DNA of 64,000 nucleotides from Patescibacteria group bacterium (GCA_022710645.1 JAKLGL010000001.1:274712-338711), one strand, 5' to 3'; counted from the first letter of the stretch, positions 38,603 to 48,763 are shown. Made by a program: numbers and translations. The notes: generated by a model from the sequence alone, not told the origin.

Positions 38603-38884
38603 TTATTCCTTGTCGTTTTTACTCAAAAATTTGGCTAAAAATACGGTAAATATTGTCAAACCGACGGTAATTATCAAAGCATAAACAAATTTCGCCCATA
38701 CCCCCGAAGCTGTGGCCGGATAAATATGATCAATAAGACCTTTTATGGCTTCATTCCAAGACAAACCGGCTATTAGACTGAAAGCGCCCATGATGTAGCC
38801 TAATGTTTTTTCCCGCACTTCTTTTTTCAGTGCCACAGTTTCATTTTTGAGATTATCCAATTTTTGGTTTATTTCATTGTTCAT
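38603..38884 (-). CDS. Small membrane protein (93 aa), unknown
   Basis: Coiled N-terminus followed by 2 TM helices. Confidence 0.4.
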   Translation of the reverse strand: MNNEINQKLDNLKNETVALKKEVREKTLGYIMGAFSLIAGLSWNEAIKGLIDHIYPATASGVWAKFVYALIITVGLTIFTVFLAKFLSKNDKE

Positions 38885-39022
38885 ATTTTTGCAAAATTAA
38901 GAAATAATACACTTTGATTTTAGCACACAAATAATCTGAATTCAAATCCGCTAAATCTTGACTAAACACCGATAAACAGGGTAAAATAAAATCGGTTATA
39001 ATTTAATACTAACCAATATTTT

Positions 39023-39409
39023 ATGGACGAACAAAACAACGGCGCTCCGATACAAAACGAAGCTCCACAGCCACAAGTAACAAACAACAACTCCGATGTC
39101 GATAGCGGTAAAGTATGCGCTATTTTATCATACTTGTTTATCGGTATCGTCTGGTTTTTTATCGATGAAAACATGAAGAAAAATGCTTTTGCAAAATTTC
39201 ATGTTAAACAAAGTTTAGTGCTTTTGGTTGTTTCTTTGATTTTACAAATCGTCGGAACAATTCTACCAATCATCGGTTGGTTCTTGATTTTGCCTTTATC
39301 CGGACTTTTCAGTTTAATCTGGATGTTGTTGGGCATATTAAACGCCTTTAACGGAGAATCAAAAGAATTACCTATTATCGGTAAATATTCTTCAAAATTC
39401 AATTTCTAA
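39023..39409 (+). CDS. DUF4870-family membrane protein
   Basis: YLFIGIVWFF...FAKFHVKQSLVL motif is typical of DUF4870. A TTGACT-17-TAAAAT promoter lies upstream. Confidence 0.5.
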   Translation: MDEQNNGAPIQNEAPQPQVTNNNSDVDSGKVCAILSYLFIGIVWFFIDENMKKNAFAKFHVKQSLVLLVVSLILQIVGTILPIIGWFLILPLSGLFSLIWMLLGILNAFNGESKELPIIGKYSSKFNF

Positions 39410-39585
39410 AAAATTTCAAACAAAAAACGATCCGTTTATACGGGTCGTTTTTTTTGTTGTTATAAATATTATTATATTACTACAAAACCAATCCTACAAT
39501 TGTAAACTGTATTCATTATATATAAAATGCTTTTTCTTGAACCGTATATTGTGCCGTCATATAACACATGACGCAATAAAAGAGC

Positions 39586-40074
39586 TTATTTTCTAATCTT
39601 ATCTAACCAATCATTAAAACCCTTATAGAATTCTCCATTAATTTTTAGGTCTTTATTGATTATTTCTTCATTTTGATTGTTTACAATTTCTAAACTTTTT
39701 TGTGGATTGAAAATTTTGGTTGGTTTTACAGCAATTTCTGTATCTGATTTTCCATCCCATTTGTTAATATGGAAAATCTCTTTCAAACCACCATCCCATG
39801 TAGCATCTAAAATTTTCCATTCATTGTTAATCTTTATTTCCAAATAAGTATGGGTACAATCTTCGTCATGAGGAATTTTTTCCAATTCTAGAGGAAGTTT
39901 TAAATCACTCCACAAAAAAACACAAACACGATATCTAACCTTATAACCATTATTCTTTAATAAATTGAATAACTTTTCATGTTTGCCGCTACAACAATTA
40001 TCTTCCTCTCCCCACTTCAAGGGAATTCTATAAGGCATATCTCTGATGGATTCAAAAATTGAAATTAAGTCCAT
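39586..40074 (-). CDS. Transglutaminase-like (Cys-His-Asp) superfamily protein
   Basis: Candidate catalytic Cys in CCSGKH. HTYLEI...ILDATWD resembles the transglutaminase-like core. Confidence 0.45.
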   Translation of the reverse strand: MDLISIFESIRDMPYRIPLKWGEEDNCCSGKHEKLFNLLKNNGYKVRYRVCVFLWSDLKLPLELEKIPHDEDCTHTYLEIKINNEWKILDATWDGGLKEIFHINKWDGKSDTEIAVKPTKIFNPQKSLEIVNNQNEEIINKDLKINGEFYKGFNDWLDKIRK

Positions 40075-40193
40075 AAAATTAGATTGTATATAAATTTATT
40101 ATAAAGCTCTTGCCCGAGTAATATTACACACAACTTATTGTTATACAAATAAAATTTAAATATCTGTTTTATTGCTTATTCGTTTATCAGCTT

Positions 40194-41951
40194 TCAGACT
40201 TCAATCGTATATACATTCACCTCTTCATTTTTCCCTTTCACTTTCACCGCGCCCAAAAATTTAAAAATGTATTTTCCTTGCGCTTTTTTCATCACACTTT
40301 CACCAACAATTATTTGCGTGCCGTATTCTTTATTGAGTCCTTCCAAACGCGAAGCAGTGTTTACCGTATCGCCCATAGCTGTATAATTCAATCTTTCAAA
40401 TGAACCGATATTACCAACCACCGCTTTGCCATGAAATAAACCAATACCGATTTTGATTTCCGGCAAGCCTTCTTTCAATAATTCTTTATTCAATTCTTTC
40501 AAATTATTCAACATGCTCATTGATGTTTTTAAAGCGTTTTCCACTTGATTTTCATCTGCCAGCGGAGCGCCCCAAAAAGCCATGATAGCATCGCCGATAT
40601 ATTTATCCAGAGTTCCGCGATTTTTGATAATTTCTTCGGTCATCAGAGTAAAATAACGATTCAACATAGAAACCAATTTTACCGAACTCATACTTTCGGA
40701 AATTGTGGTAAAACCGCGAATATCGGAAAAAAACACGGTGATTTCTCTTTCTTCTCCGCCAAGCGTTATCGCGTCCGGATTTTTCATGATTTCCCCCACC
40801 ACTTCCTTGCTGACATATCGAGAAAAAATATTACGAAGTTGTCTTTTTTCTTTTTCTACAATCAAATAACGATAAACAAACAATATAATCGCGGAAAAAA
40901 TGATGGAAAAAATAATATTGCTTAACGGCAAAATATAACCGAGGTCAAAAAGCGCCATGGCCAGAAAATAAAAAATCACGGTCAAAATAGTGGCGCAAAA
41001 AACCGACCAAACTATTTTTTTGAAACGTTGAAAGAAAAAAGCCGTCAATAATACGCAGAAAAAAATCAAAATGATGTTTAAATTTTTCGGCAAAACTGTA
41101 AGTTTATCGCCGCTTAGAAGAGCGTTAGCAATATTGGCTTGAATTTCCACTCCGGCCATCGGTTTTTCTTTACTAAACGGAGTTATCTGATAATCATGCA
41201 AATCCGGAGCTGTCACACCCATAAAAACTATTTTATCCTTCCAAAAATTCGCTTTCTCTTCAAAAATTCTATAAAAAGAAATCGTGCGTATGCTTTGCGC
41301 CGGACCGGAATAAACGATTTTTTCCGTTAAATCGAGGTTATCTTCATTTTTTATTTTCAATCCGCTTCTTGAAATCGTCTCGTAAGCCAGAGAACGAATT
41401 TCGATCTTACCAAAAATTTCATCAATAAATATTTTTGTCGGATATGAACGCGCCACTTTATCGGAATCCAAAACAATATTAGCGTGTCCCAAACTTACTT
41501 GAGAAGCTGTTTGAAAAACAGAAAGAGGTTTGATCAAAAAATCCGCAATATTTTCTTTTTGTAAAAAAACTTTATTTCCTTCAACCGCCAAAATAATCGG
41601 ATAATTTATTTTATTTAAAACTTCCGCCAATTTAGCGTCATCTTCCGCGCCGACACGAGAATTTTCCGCCAACATCAAATCCAGAGCCACTGCTTTGGGT
41701 TTTTCTTCATTCATTTTTGATAACGCCGAAGCCAAAGCCTCTCTATTCCACGGCCATTGTCCGTATTTTTGCAAATCAACATTATCAATACCTATAATCA
41801 AAATATCCGCGCTCTTTGGTTTTACGGTAAAAAAAGAATCATTGATAAAATTATCCAAACCGGAAAAAAATCCAAAATAAACTCCAGCGGAAAAAATCAA
41901 ACCGATAATAAGACTCAAAAAGAAATAAATTCCGTTGGTTATTTTTTTCAT
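40194..41951 (-). CDS. CHASE2-domain class III adenylate/guanylate cyclase
   Basis: N-terminal TM, periplasmic CHASE2-like region, further TM helices, and cyclase motifs (FSDIRGFTTISE, YIGDAIMAFWGAP). Confidence 0.75.
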   Translation of the reverse strand: MKKITNGIYFFLSLIIGLIFSAGVYFGFFSGLDNFINDSFFTVKPKSADILIIGIDNVDLQKYGQWPWNREALASALSKMNEEKPKAVALDLMLAENSRVGAEDDAKLAEVLNKINYPIILAVEGNKVFLQKENIADFLIKPLSVFQTASQVSLGHANIVLDSDKVARSYPTKIFIDEIFGKIEIRSLAYETISRSGLKIKNEDNLDLTEKIVYSGPAQSIRTISFYRIFEEKANFWKDKIVFMGVTAPDLHDYQITPFSKEKPMAGVEIQANIANALLSGDKLTVLPKNLNIILIFFCVLLTAFFFQRFKKIVWSVFCATILTVIFYFLAMALFDLGYILPLSNIIFSIIFSAIILFVYRYLIVEKEKRQLRNIFSRYVSKEVVGEIMKNPDAITLGGEEREITVFFSDIRGFTTISESMSSVKLVSMLNRYFTLMTEEIIKNRGTLDKYIGDAIMAFWGAPLADENQVENALKTSMSMLNNLKELNKELLKEGLPEIKIGIGLFHGKAVVGNIGSFERLNYTAMGDTVNTASRLEGLNKEYGTQIIVGESVMKKAQGKYIFKFLGAVKVKGKNEEVNVYTIEV

Positions 41952-41952
41952 A

Positions 41953-43152
41953 TTAACGAATAAGATTGGTAGTTCGTAATTTGGTGGTTGTAGTGGAGGT
42001 CGTGGAAGAAGTCGGGGCTGTAACCGGAGTCAGACTTGATCTGTTGGTAATAGTCGGATTATTTATAACCTCTGAAGGAGCGGTAGCGGTAACATCGGTT
42101 TCGTTTTGATTGCTAACCGAAGTGTCTGAAGGAGTAACCGCGCCGGTAGGATCGACGCTTTGACTTGTGTCCGGTTCAATATTTGTTTCATCGCTTTCAA
42201 CACTGCTGTAAAAATCATTTGTCGTATCGCTTGTCGTCGGATTATCCGATACTGTCTCGGAGTTTTGACTTGGAGAAATCACAGCGGAATTTCCTCCGTC
42301 AGATACTGGCGCGGTTGAAGAAACAACCGAACCAACTCCGGGTTTTTCTATCGGTTTAGTAGTTAATTCTTCATCAACTTCCGGTTTAGTAATAGTTGTA
42401 GTCGCAGTTTGTCCGTCCAATTTTTCATCCTGCGTTTTGGCGTTTATAATCCAAGGATCATTTTCTACGGCTTTGGAATAAGGTTTGACTTTGGAAGTTA
42501 ATTTAATTCCGTTTAACAAACCTTTGATATCCTGATCGTTAATCTTGACATATTGATCATTGCCGACATAAGCTGTGTTATTTTCAACAATTTTACCGGT
42601 TTGTGGATCTTTGGCATTTACATTTATCAGATGTATGGAGCCGATAATCGTAGTTTGACCGGGAACATATACGACACCAAAAGAAGTTCCGCGTACTGCC
42701 GCGACCGCGTTGGCTGTTTCCACTTCCCAATAAGACTGCGTTGTCATGAGCGCTTTTATTCGCGACCAAACACGGCCGGTTTGTAAAAATATTTTTACTT
42801 TCAATGTTTTATTACCGGGAAAATATTCAAAATCTTTCAAATCAATTTTGGTTTGCGTTTCCAAACGCGCCACTGAACCGTCGGAAAAATAAAGATTTGC
42901 CAAACCGGTATTATCCGTCATCACAGTTTGTCCGCCGGTTATCTCATCTCCGGTTTTTAACTCACTGCCAAGCGTGCCGTCGGAATTTACCAAATATACT
43001 CCCCTGTTTAAAACTTCTATCCAGCCCTTTTCCGCAGTTTCAGAATTTTTTCCTTCCGGAGCCGTAACCGGAATTTGTTTTTGCCAAAAGAAAAACCAAA
43101 TTAAACCGGCGATGATTAAAATAGAAATAAGACCTAAAAATATTTTCTTCAT
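41953..43152 (-). CDS. FecR-domain protein with Ser/Thr-rich C-terminal low-complexity tail
   Basis: FecR-like core (ANAVAAVRGTSFGVVY). N-terminal TM. A 1-nt gap to the cyclase gene suggests co-transcription. Confidence 0.6.
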   Translation of the reverse strand: MKKIFLGLISILIIAGLIWFFFWQKQIPVTAPEGKNSETAEKGWIEVLNRGVYLVNSDGTLGSELKTGDEITGGQTVMTDNTGLANLYFSDGSVARLETQTKIDLKDFEYFPGNKTLKVKIFLQTGRVWSRIKALMTTQSYWEVETANAVAAVRGTSFGVVYVPGQTTIIGSIHLINVNAKDPQTGKIVENNTAYVGNDQYVKINDQDIKGLLNGIKLTSKVKPYSKAVENDPWIINAKTQDEKLDGQTATTTITKPEVDEELTTKPIEKPGVGSVVSSTAPVSDGGNSAVISPSQNSETVSDNPTTSDTTNDFYSSVESDETNIEPDTSQSVDPTGAVTPSDTSVSNQNETDVTATAPSEVINNPTITNRSSLTPVTAPTSSTTSTTTTKLRTTNLIR

Positions 43153-43257
43153 AAGAAATAAATTTTTAATTTTAGTTCTACTATTTTAAACTTTTACTGT
43201 AAAAAAAGCAAATAAAAAACCCCGATTTCGTATCGGGATTTTTTTATTCAATTTAAA

Positions 43258-43914
43258 TTAATCTAAAAACTTAACCACCAAGATAAAAATAATAGACATA
43301 AAAAACAGCACACCCCAAGGTTTCCATTCATTTTGTATTTCATTAAATTTAGCTACGCTCTCCCATTTTTTAGCTCTCCATGCCAATTCACTACCTTTCA
43401 TTCCCAAATATATCCAGAAAACAAAATTTATAATCGGAACGAAAGATAAAAGAGAAATCCAAACTCTATTAGACGCTCCCCAAATCCAAAACAAACCAGC
43501 CGCTCCCCAATTCCACCCTTTTATTTCTTCCGGAATTGTTGAATCTTTTCCTTTACCGGAACGATTATCAAAAGTTAAATCGGGAAAAATATTTTTATTT
43601 TTAAAAGTTACAATTAATATCAAAATACCTGTGATAATTCCCAAAAAAGAACTTAACCCTAAAATACCTAATAGTCTTCTTAATATTATCGCAATTAATT
43701 CTAAATTATAACTTCTACTTTCACCGGGCACAGAACCAGCTTCTACCATTGGATTAATAGAATAAATTGTTATTGTAAAAATAAACAAAACAAAAATTAA
43801 AATAAAAAACGGAACCCAAAAACAATATTTGCCTATTTTTTTATTTATTCTTTTAATTTCCTCACGTTCCTCTTCACTCATTTTACTAATATATTGTTCA
43901 TTGTCGGTAATCAT
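43258..43914 (-). CDS. Membrane protein (218 aa, 4-5 TM), unknown
   Basis: Hydrophobic helices. A 5-nt gap to the upstream band-7 gene. Confidence 0.4.
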   Translation of the reverse strand: MITDNEQYISKMSEEEREEIKRINKKIGKYCFWVPFFILIFVLFIFTITIYSINPMVEAGSVPGESRSYNLELIAIILRRLLGILGLSSFLGIITGILILIVTFKNKNIFPDLTFDNRSGKGKDSTIPEEIKGWNWGAAGLFWIWGASNRVWISLLSFVPIINFVFWIYLGMKGSELAWRAKKWESVAKFNEIQNEWKPWGVLFFMSIIFILVVKFLD

Positions 43915-43919
43915 ATTTT

Positions 43920-44672
43920 TTACACTGTCGGTTTATTATTACCACTTACTTTTTCAAACGCTCGTAAAACTTCGAGCGGTACAGCGAATAAAATCGTATT
44001 TGATTGATCTGTGGAAACATCCGAAATTGTGCTCAAAGTACGAAGATGCAGGGCGCCTGGAGCGCTATTCAAAACTGTAGCAGCTTTGGCCAAGTTTTCC
44101 GAAGCGATTACTTCACCGGTGGATTTGATGATCACCGCGCGTTTTTCACGTTCAGCTTCCGCTTGTTGAGCAATCACACGTTGCATATTATCCGGTAAAA
44201 TAATATCTTTGAGTTCCACGCTTTCCACTTTGATTCCCCACGGATCAGTGGCTTTATCCACGATATTTTTTATTTTTTGCGCAGCTTCTTCACGATTTGC
44301 CAAGAGTTCATCCAATTCCATTTGACCAACTACATTTCTCATTGTGGTTTGTGCCAATTGAGAAGTCGCATTCCAAAAATTTTCCACTTCCAACACAGCT
44401 TTGGCCGCATCAACGATTTTGTAATAAATTACCGCATTGATTTTTGCGGAAACATTGTCGCGAGTGATAGCTTCTTGAAAAGGCACATCCACGGCTTTGA
44501 CGCGAATATCCACTTTTTTCATTCCTTGGATTATCGGGATAACCAAACGCCAACCCGGTTCCACGGTTTTGACATATTTTCCAAGTAAAAACTTTACCCC
44601 TCTTTCATATTGATCCACCTGACGAATGCTGGCGATAATCAATACCGCCAAAATGATCCAAAATATAGGCAT
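43920..44672 (-). CDS. SPFH/band-7 (stomatin/HflC-like) protein
   Basis: N-terminal TM. The SPFH core is alignable to stomatin/prohibitin. Confidence 0.75.
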   Translation of the reverse strand: MPIFWIILAVLIIASIRQVDQYERGVKFLLGKYVKTVEPGWRLVIPIIQGMKKVDIRVKAVDVPFQEAITRDNVSAKINAVIYYKIVDAAKAVLEVENFWNATSQLAQTTMRNVVGQMELDELLANREEAAQKIKNIVDKATDPWGIKVESVELKDIILPDNMQRVIAQQAEAEREKRAVIIKSTGEVIASENLAKAATVLNSAPGALHLRTLSTISDVSTDQSNTILFAVPLEVLRAFEKVSGNNKPTV

Positions 44673-44718
44673 ACGAATTATTTATTTAAATGATTTAAAA
44701 AATTTAAAAGATTTATCT

Positions 44719-44794
44719 GTCATTCTGAGCGTAGCGAAGAATCTGCAAGCAAAATTATTGCTTTTTACAGATCCTTCACTGCGTTCAGGATGAC
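44719..44794. repeat. GC-rich inverted-repeat element (family C): GTCATTCTGAGCGTAGCGAAGAATCTG ... CAGATCCTTCACTGCGTTCAGGATGAC
   Basis: Imperfect 27-nt arms; most arm differences are transitions, several giving G.U wobbles in RNA. Lies between the methyltransferase stop and the band-7 start. Confidence 0.6.
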
Positions 44795-44798
44795 ATTT

Positions 44799-45548
44799 TT
44801 AGTTTGCCTTTGCTTGTATAAACAGAAACAACGGGAATTCCGCTCTAGCTCTATCAATCGCTACTGCCCTCGGTCCTGGTGTGGTCTTCTTTTCCGATAC
44901 CCACTCCTCTATTCTTTCTACCGCAAAACCGGATTTTTGTAAATGTTTGAAATAATATTGAAGCGGACGATGAAAAGAAGATGTTGTTTCGCTGTTTTTT
45001 TCTCCCGGATGCATCACAATTTTATTTTTACTTTCGGATAAATACGCATCCATGCGACGATATTGAATTTTATTTTTTTCATCCCAATCCCAACTGCTTT
45101 TTCCCGGAATTCTGAAACATGGGTGGTTCATAACTATGTATAGATTTCCGCCTTTCTTGATTTTCTTGGCGCACTCTTTGATAACCAAATCCGCCTTTTC
45201 CATATTTTGCAAAGACAAGACCATGATTATTTTGTCAAAAGTTTCTTTGAGAAAAGAAAGATTGTCAGCCGAACCGACTTGATAAGAAATGCTTTTGGGA
45301 GAGTTTTCTTTCGCCAAAGTTATCAACTTTACACTATTATCCACGCCATATAGTTTTGCTCCGCCTTTTTCCAACTCCCGACTGAAAAATCCTTGTCCGC
45401 AACCCAAATCCAAAATCTTTTCTCCGGGTTTAGAAGTTATCAAACGCAACAAATTCGGTAAAATCAAATCTTTTTGATAAGTACCGTCAGTGTTTAAAAG
45501 TTCATTATACCAATCCGCGCTTTTGTTCCAAGAAGTGTCGTTCGCCAT
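44799..45548 (-). CDS. Class I SAM-dependent methyltransferase
   Basis: Motif I ILDLGCGQGFFS. Confidence 0.7.
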   Translation of the reverse strand: MANDTSWNKSADWYNELLNTDGTYQKDLILPNLLRLITSKPGEKILDLGCGQGFFSRELEKGGAKLYGVDNSVKLITLAKENSPKSISYQVGSADNLSFLKETFDKIIMVLSLQNMEKADLVIKECAKKIKKGGNLYIVMNHPCFRIPGKSSWDWDEKNKIQYRRMDAYLSESKNKIVMHPGEKNSETTSSFHRPLQYYFKHLQKSGFAVERIEEWVSEKKTTPGPRAVAIDRARAEFPLFLFIQAKAN

Positions 45549-45594
45549 AATTTTAGATTTATGATTTATGATTTTAGATTGATAAGTTATTTAT

Positions 45595-45707
45595 GTCATT
45601 CCCGCGGGCCAACGGCCTCCCTTTGGGAAAGACGGAAACCTGCCTGCCGGCAGGCAGGTCCAGTGGCTATCTTACTTTTCCTGGATCCCCGCCTTCGCGG
45701 GGATGAC
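45595..45707. repeat. Composite palindromic element (family C variant): GTCATTCCCGCG ... CCTGCCTGCCGGCAGGCAGG ... CGCGGGGATGAC
   Basis: Terminal inverted repeats GTCATYCCCGCG. Internal perfect 20-bp palindrome at 45639-45658. Two additional GC hairpins. Confidence 0.6.
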
Positions 45708-45711
45708 AACT

Positions 45712-46425
45712 TTAATAATTAACCGCTAGAAATGAAGCGACGATTCCTGCGGTTTCTCCACGTAAAATATTTTTTCCGATTCCGGTTATTTTCATATTAT
45801 TTTCTTTGGCTAAAACCAATTCTTCCGTACTCCAACCGCCTTCCGGACCGATAAATAAACCGACATTTTTAGAATTTCTGTCAATTGTTTTTCCCGGAGA
45901 AAATTCCGTGCCACCCGGAGCAAAAAATAAATTTACATCATTATTTTTTACTTCCAAAATCGCTTCTTTAAATTTTATCATCTTTACGACTTCCATCAAA
46001 GTCCCTCGCCCGGAAAGTTCACAAGCTTCTTTACTTATTTTATTCAGTCTTTCCAAATTAATTCCGGTTTTGATAGTTCTGTCGGTAATTATCGGCACCA
46101 ATTTATTCACCCCGATTTCCGCCGCTTTTTGCACAGCGAGTTCAAAATTCTCGCGTTTCAAAACAGCTAAATACAATATAATATTTCTACCTTCGGTTGA
46201 AAATTCTTTGTATTCCACAACTTTCAAAATCAATTCTTTTTTATCAATACCTTCCAATACACAAATAATCTCCTTGCCTTTTCCGTCACAAAGCGCCAAT
46301 TGTTCGCCTATTTTCAATTTCAAAACTTTTACAATTTGATGGACAATCTCTTTATCGGACAATTTGATTGATTTTTCTTTTTCATCCAAAACCAAATTGG
46401 ATAAGAAAAAACGATGAATTTTCAT
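45712..46425 (-). CDS. rsmE: 16S rRNA (uracil1498-N3)-methyltransferase
   Basis: RsmE-like N-terminal PUA-like region. C-terminal LRGETAGIVA motif. Confidence 0.7.
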   Translation of the reverse strand: MKIHRFFLSNLVLDEKEKSIKLSDKEIVHQIVKVLKLKIGEQLALCDGKGKEIICVLEGIDKKELILKVVEYKEFSTEGRNIILYLAVLKRENFELAVQKAAEIGVNKLVPIITDRTIKTGINLERLNKISKEACELSGRGTLMEVVKMIKFKEAILEVKNNDVNLFFAPGGTEFSPGKTIDRNSKNVGLFIGPEGGWSTEELVLAKENNMKITGIGKNILRGETAGIVASFLAVNY

Positions 46426-47681
46426 ATTTTTCTTTTACTTCTATTAAATTTTATCGCAAACCGATGCGCTTCATCGCGCACGCGGATGAGTAATTCTTGA
46501 TGACCGAAAACCCAAGCCACAAATTCCGGATTTTTTTCACCTAAGATAAATTCGTTTTTCTTTCGCGCCGGTCCTTTGGCAATACCCACAACCGGAAGAG
46601 AAATGTTTTTTTCTTCCAAAATAGTTTTTACCGCATTCACTTGTCCTCTGCCCCCGTCAATCAATAATAAATCCGGTCTCCCCCATTCACTGTGCGTAAA
46701 ACGACGAGAAATAATTTCTTTGAGACAGTCTACATCGCTCTGACCGACAACGCCTTTGATATTAAATTTTTTATATCCGCTTTTTTTGGGGATCCCGTTT
46801 TGGAATAATACCAAACTCCCCACTTTGTCGCTACTGCCCAAATTGGAAATATCATAACCCTCAATTCGCGAATATTTTTCTTTGAGTTTTTTACCCGCGT
46901 CTTTTTCCAAAAATAATTCGTCTTCAAAAAAACTACGATTGATGAGCGTGATGTCTTGAATTTTTTTCAATTGATAAAGTTGATTTCGCAAAAGCGTCGC
47001 TTGTTCAAAATTTTCTTTTTCCGATGCTTGTTTCATCTTTTTTTCAAAATCTCGCATCACTTGTTTTTTCTGACCGAGCAAAAACAAAGTTAGAGGTTTG
47101 ATAACTCTGCTTTCATATTCCTCTGCGCTGATTTCACCCGTACATACGCCCAAACATTGATCCAATTGATAATAAAAACAAGGCTTGTCGCTGTTTGGTT
47201 CGCAGTCCGACCAAAAAAACATTTTTCGCAATACTGTCATTGCTTCTTTGGTATTGAGTCCCGGATACGGACCGAAAATCGCTTTTATTTTACCTTTATC
47301 AATTTTACTTAATTCATGCTGACGTAAAGATTGCAACTTTGGAAATCTGTCTTTGGTCAAATATAGATAGTTCCAACTTTTGTCGTCCTTACCCAAAACA
47401 TTATATTTGGGATTAAACTTTTTGATATAATCGGCCTCCAAAATAATCGCTTCCAAAACCGACTCGGTTTCCACCCAAGCGATATCCTCTACTTGATAAA
47501 TCATTTCTTCTATCGGACGAGGATTTCTTTGTTTTTGCCAATAACTTTTTACTCGTTGTTTTAACGAGGTGGCCTTGCCAACATAAAGCAAAGCGTTGTT
47601 TGCGCCATAAAACAAATAAACTCCGGGGTTATCGGGTAAATTGGCTAATTTTAGAGATATTTTTGACTCGACTCTTGACAT
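46422..47681 (-). CDS. uvrC: Excinuclease ABC subunit C, short form lacking the C-terminal (HhH)2 domain
   Basis: GIY-YIG (PGVYLFYG...LYVGKA). C-terminal endonuclease region (RIEGYDISN...RDEAHRFAI). Length is 419 aa. Confidence 0.75.
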   Translation of the reverse strand: MSRVESKISLKLANLPDNPGVYLFYGANNALLYVGKATSLKQRVKSYWQKQRNPRPIEEMIYQVEDIAWVETESVLEAIILEADYIKKFNPKYNVLGKDDKSWNYLYLTKDRFPKLQSLRQHELSKIDKGKIKAIFGPYPGLNTKEAMTVLRKMFFWSDCEPNSDKPCFYYQLDQCLGVCTGEISAEEYESRVIKPLTLFLLGQKKQVMRDFEKKMKQASEKENFEQATLLRNQLYQLKKIQDITLINRSFFEDELFLEKDAGKKLKEKYSRIEGYDISNLGSSDKVGSLVLFQNGIPKKSGYKKFNIKGVVGQSDVDCLKEIISRRFTHSEWGRPDLLLIDGGRGQVNAVKTILEEKNISLPVVGIAKGPARKKNEFILGEKNPEFVAWVFGHQELLIRVRDEAHRFAIKFNRSKRKI

Positions 47682-47703
47682 TTTAGCTAAAATATGCTAT
47701 TAT
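47675..47703 (+). promoter_or_regulatory. Consensus sigma70 promoter (TTGACA-17-TATTAT, extended -10)
   Basis: Shares the spacer core GCTAAAATATGCTA with the promoters at 13857 and 48764. Its -35 overlaps the uvrC start codon on the opposite strand. Confidence 0.55.
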
Positions 47704-47757
47704 ATTCTGTTATAGATCTTTATAAATTTGTTTCCCTGAATAAGGGAGGAGGAAGTT

Positions 47758-48027
47758 ATGGATGAGGTTTTGAAAAAAATTGTCTCCGAAGATACGGAGA
47801 TGAAAAAGCTCTTTGCCGAACTTTATGTCGATATGGGGGCTGAAAAAGCCTGCAATGATCTCCAGATCACCGAGGAAAATAAAAAGAGCATTATTCCGAT
47901 TCCGGTGAAAGACCAGATTACCGAGATAATAAAGAATCTGGCATGGAGAAACATCAATATTGCCGAAGAGGAAGTGATTAAATTTGCCAAAGAATTCGGC
48001 AGAGAGAACTTCAACTTTCTCAAATAA
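47758..48027 (+). CDS. Small hypothetical protein (89 aa)
   Basis: GGAGG RBS. Own promoter, and a terminator at 48035-48062. Confidence 0.4.
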   Translation: MDEVLKKIVSEDTEMKKLFAELYVDMGAEKACNDLQITEENKKSIIPIPVKDQITEIIKNLAWRNINIAEEEVIKFAKEFGRENFNFLK

Positions 48028-48034
48028 CCTCCAC

Positions 48035-48062
48035 CCGGGCCCTATGCGGCCCGGTTTTTTTA
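48035..48062 (+). terminator. Rho-independent terminator
   Basis: CCGGGCC-CTATGC-GGCCCGG followed by a T-run. Confidence 0.65.
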
Positions 48063-48683
48063 TTTCAAAACATCAGTCAATTTGATAGCCCAAGCGCCGA
48101 GAGATTTTCTATCATCCAAATTTACATCATCCGGACAAATAATATTTTTAGGAAATTTAATTCTTTTGACATCCAAAACCATATTTCCTCTTTCTTCTTG
48201 TTCTTCTTCCCATTTATCCAAAAGATTACGATTGATGTCGCCAAAATTAAAATTTATGTACCTGATAGTTTTTTTGATAGCATCCAGCAAAACATTATGG
48301 CTTGCAGTGCGAGATTTTCCCAATCTTTCATGTTCTTCCTGATATTCCTTAATATCATCTTTTGAATTGCTCTTGGTCATACCCACAGCTTCATGTTGTT
48401 TCTTTAAATACATTATAGTTTTTTTATAGTCCGAAGTTTTTTTGATAATTTCAGCCAGAAGTCTGTTGACTTCTTCTTTTCTTTTTTCAAATTCAGCCAA
48501 TTCCTGTTCATCACCACTTTTTAATTCCGCATCCATAATCATTTTTTTAACACTCACCAAATGTTTAGTTTCCGGAGATTGATCTATATTTTCATATTTT
48601 TCCTTATTCATACATTCTTGTGCATGACTGGTGATTTCACCTTCTTCTCCAAATTGACTTCGAAACTCTCTTAGAAAAGACAT
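48060..48683 (-). CDS. Hypothetical protein (207 aa), charged and coiled
   Basis: Intact ORF with no recognisable family. Confidence 0.4.
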   Translation of the reverse strand: MSFLREFRSQFGEEGEITSHAQECMNKEKYENIDQSPETKHLVSVKKMIMDAELKSGDEQELAEFEKRKEEVNRLLAEIIKKTSDYKKTIMYLKKQHEAVGMTKSNSKDDIKEYQEEHERLGKSRTASHNVLLDAIKKTIRYINFNFGDINRNLLDKWEEEQEERGNMVLDVKRIKFPKNIICPDDVNLDDRKSLGAWAIKLTDVLK

Positions 48684-48763
48684 ACTATAAAAAAATTAAA
48701 ATTTACTCTTTTAATTTACCACATTTTCGGCTTTTTTTCAAGTATTTCGTAATGTAGCGACTA

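Noticed and set aside
43829-44198. Plus-strand ORFs 43829-44080 and 44004-44198 spanning the junction of two minus-strand genes
   Set aside because: They are antisense to the well-supported SPFH and membrane genes and have no independent signals.
43258-44672. Membrane gene downstream of the SPFH gene as an NfeD partner
   Set aside because: The 218-aa protein lacks an obvious C-terminal OB-fold segment expected for NfeD, so I did not call it.
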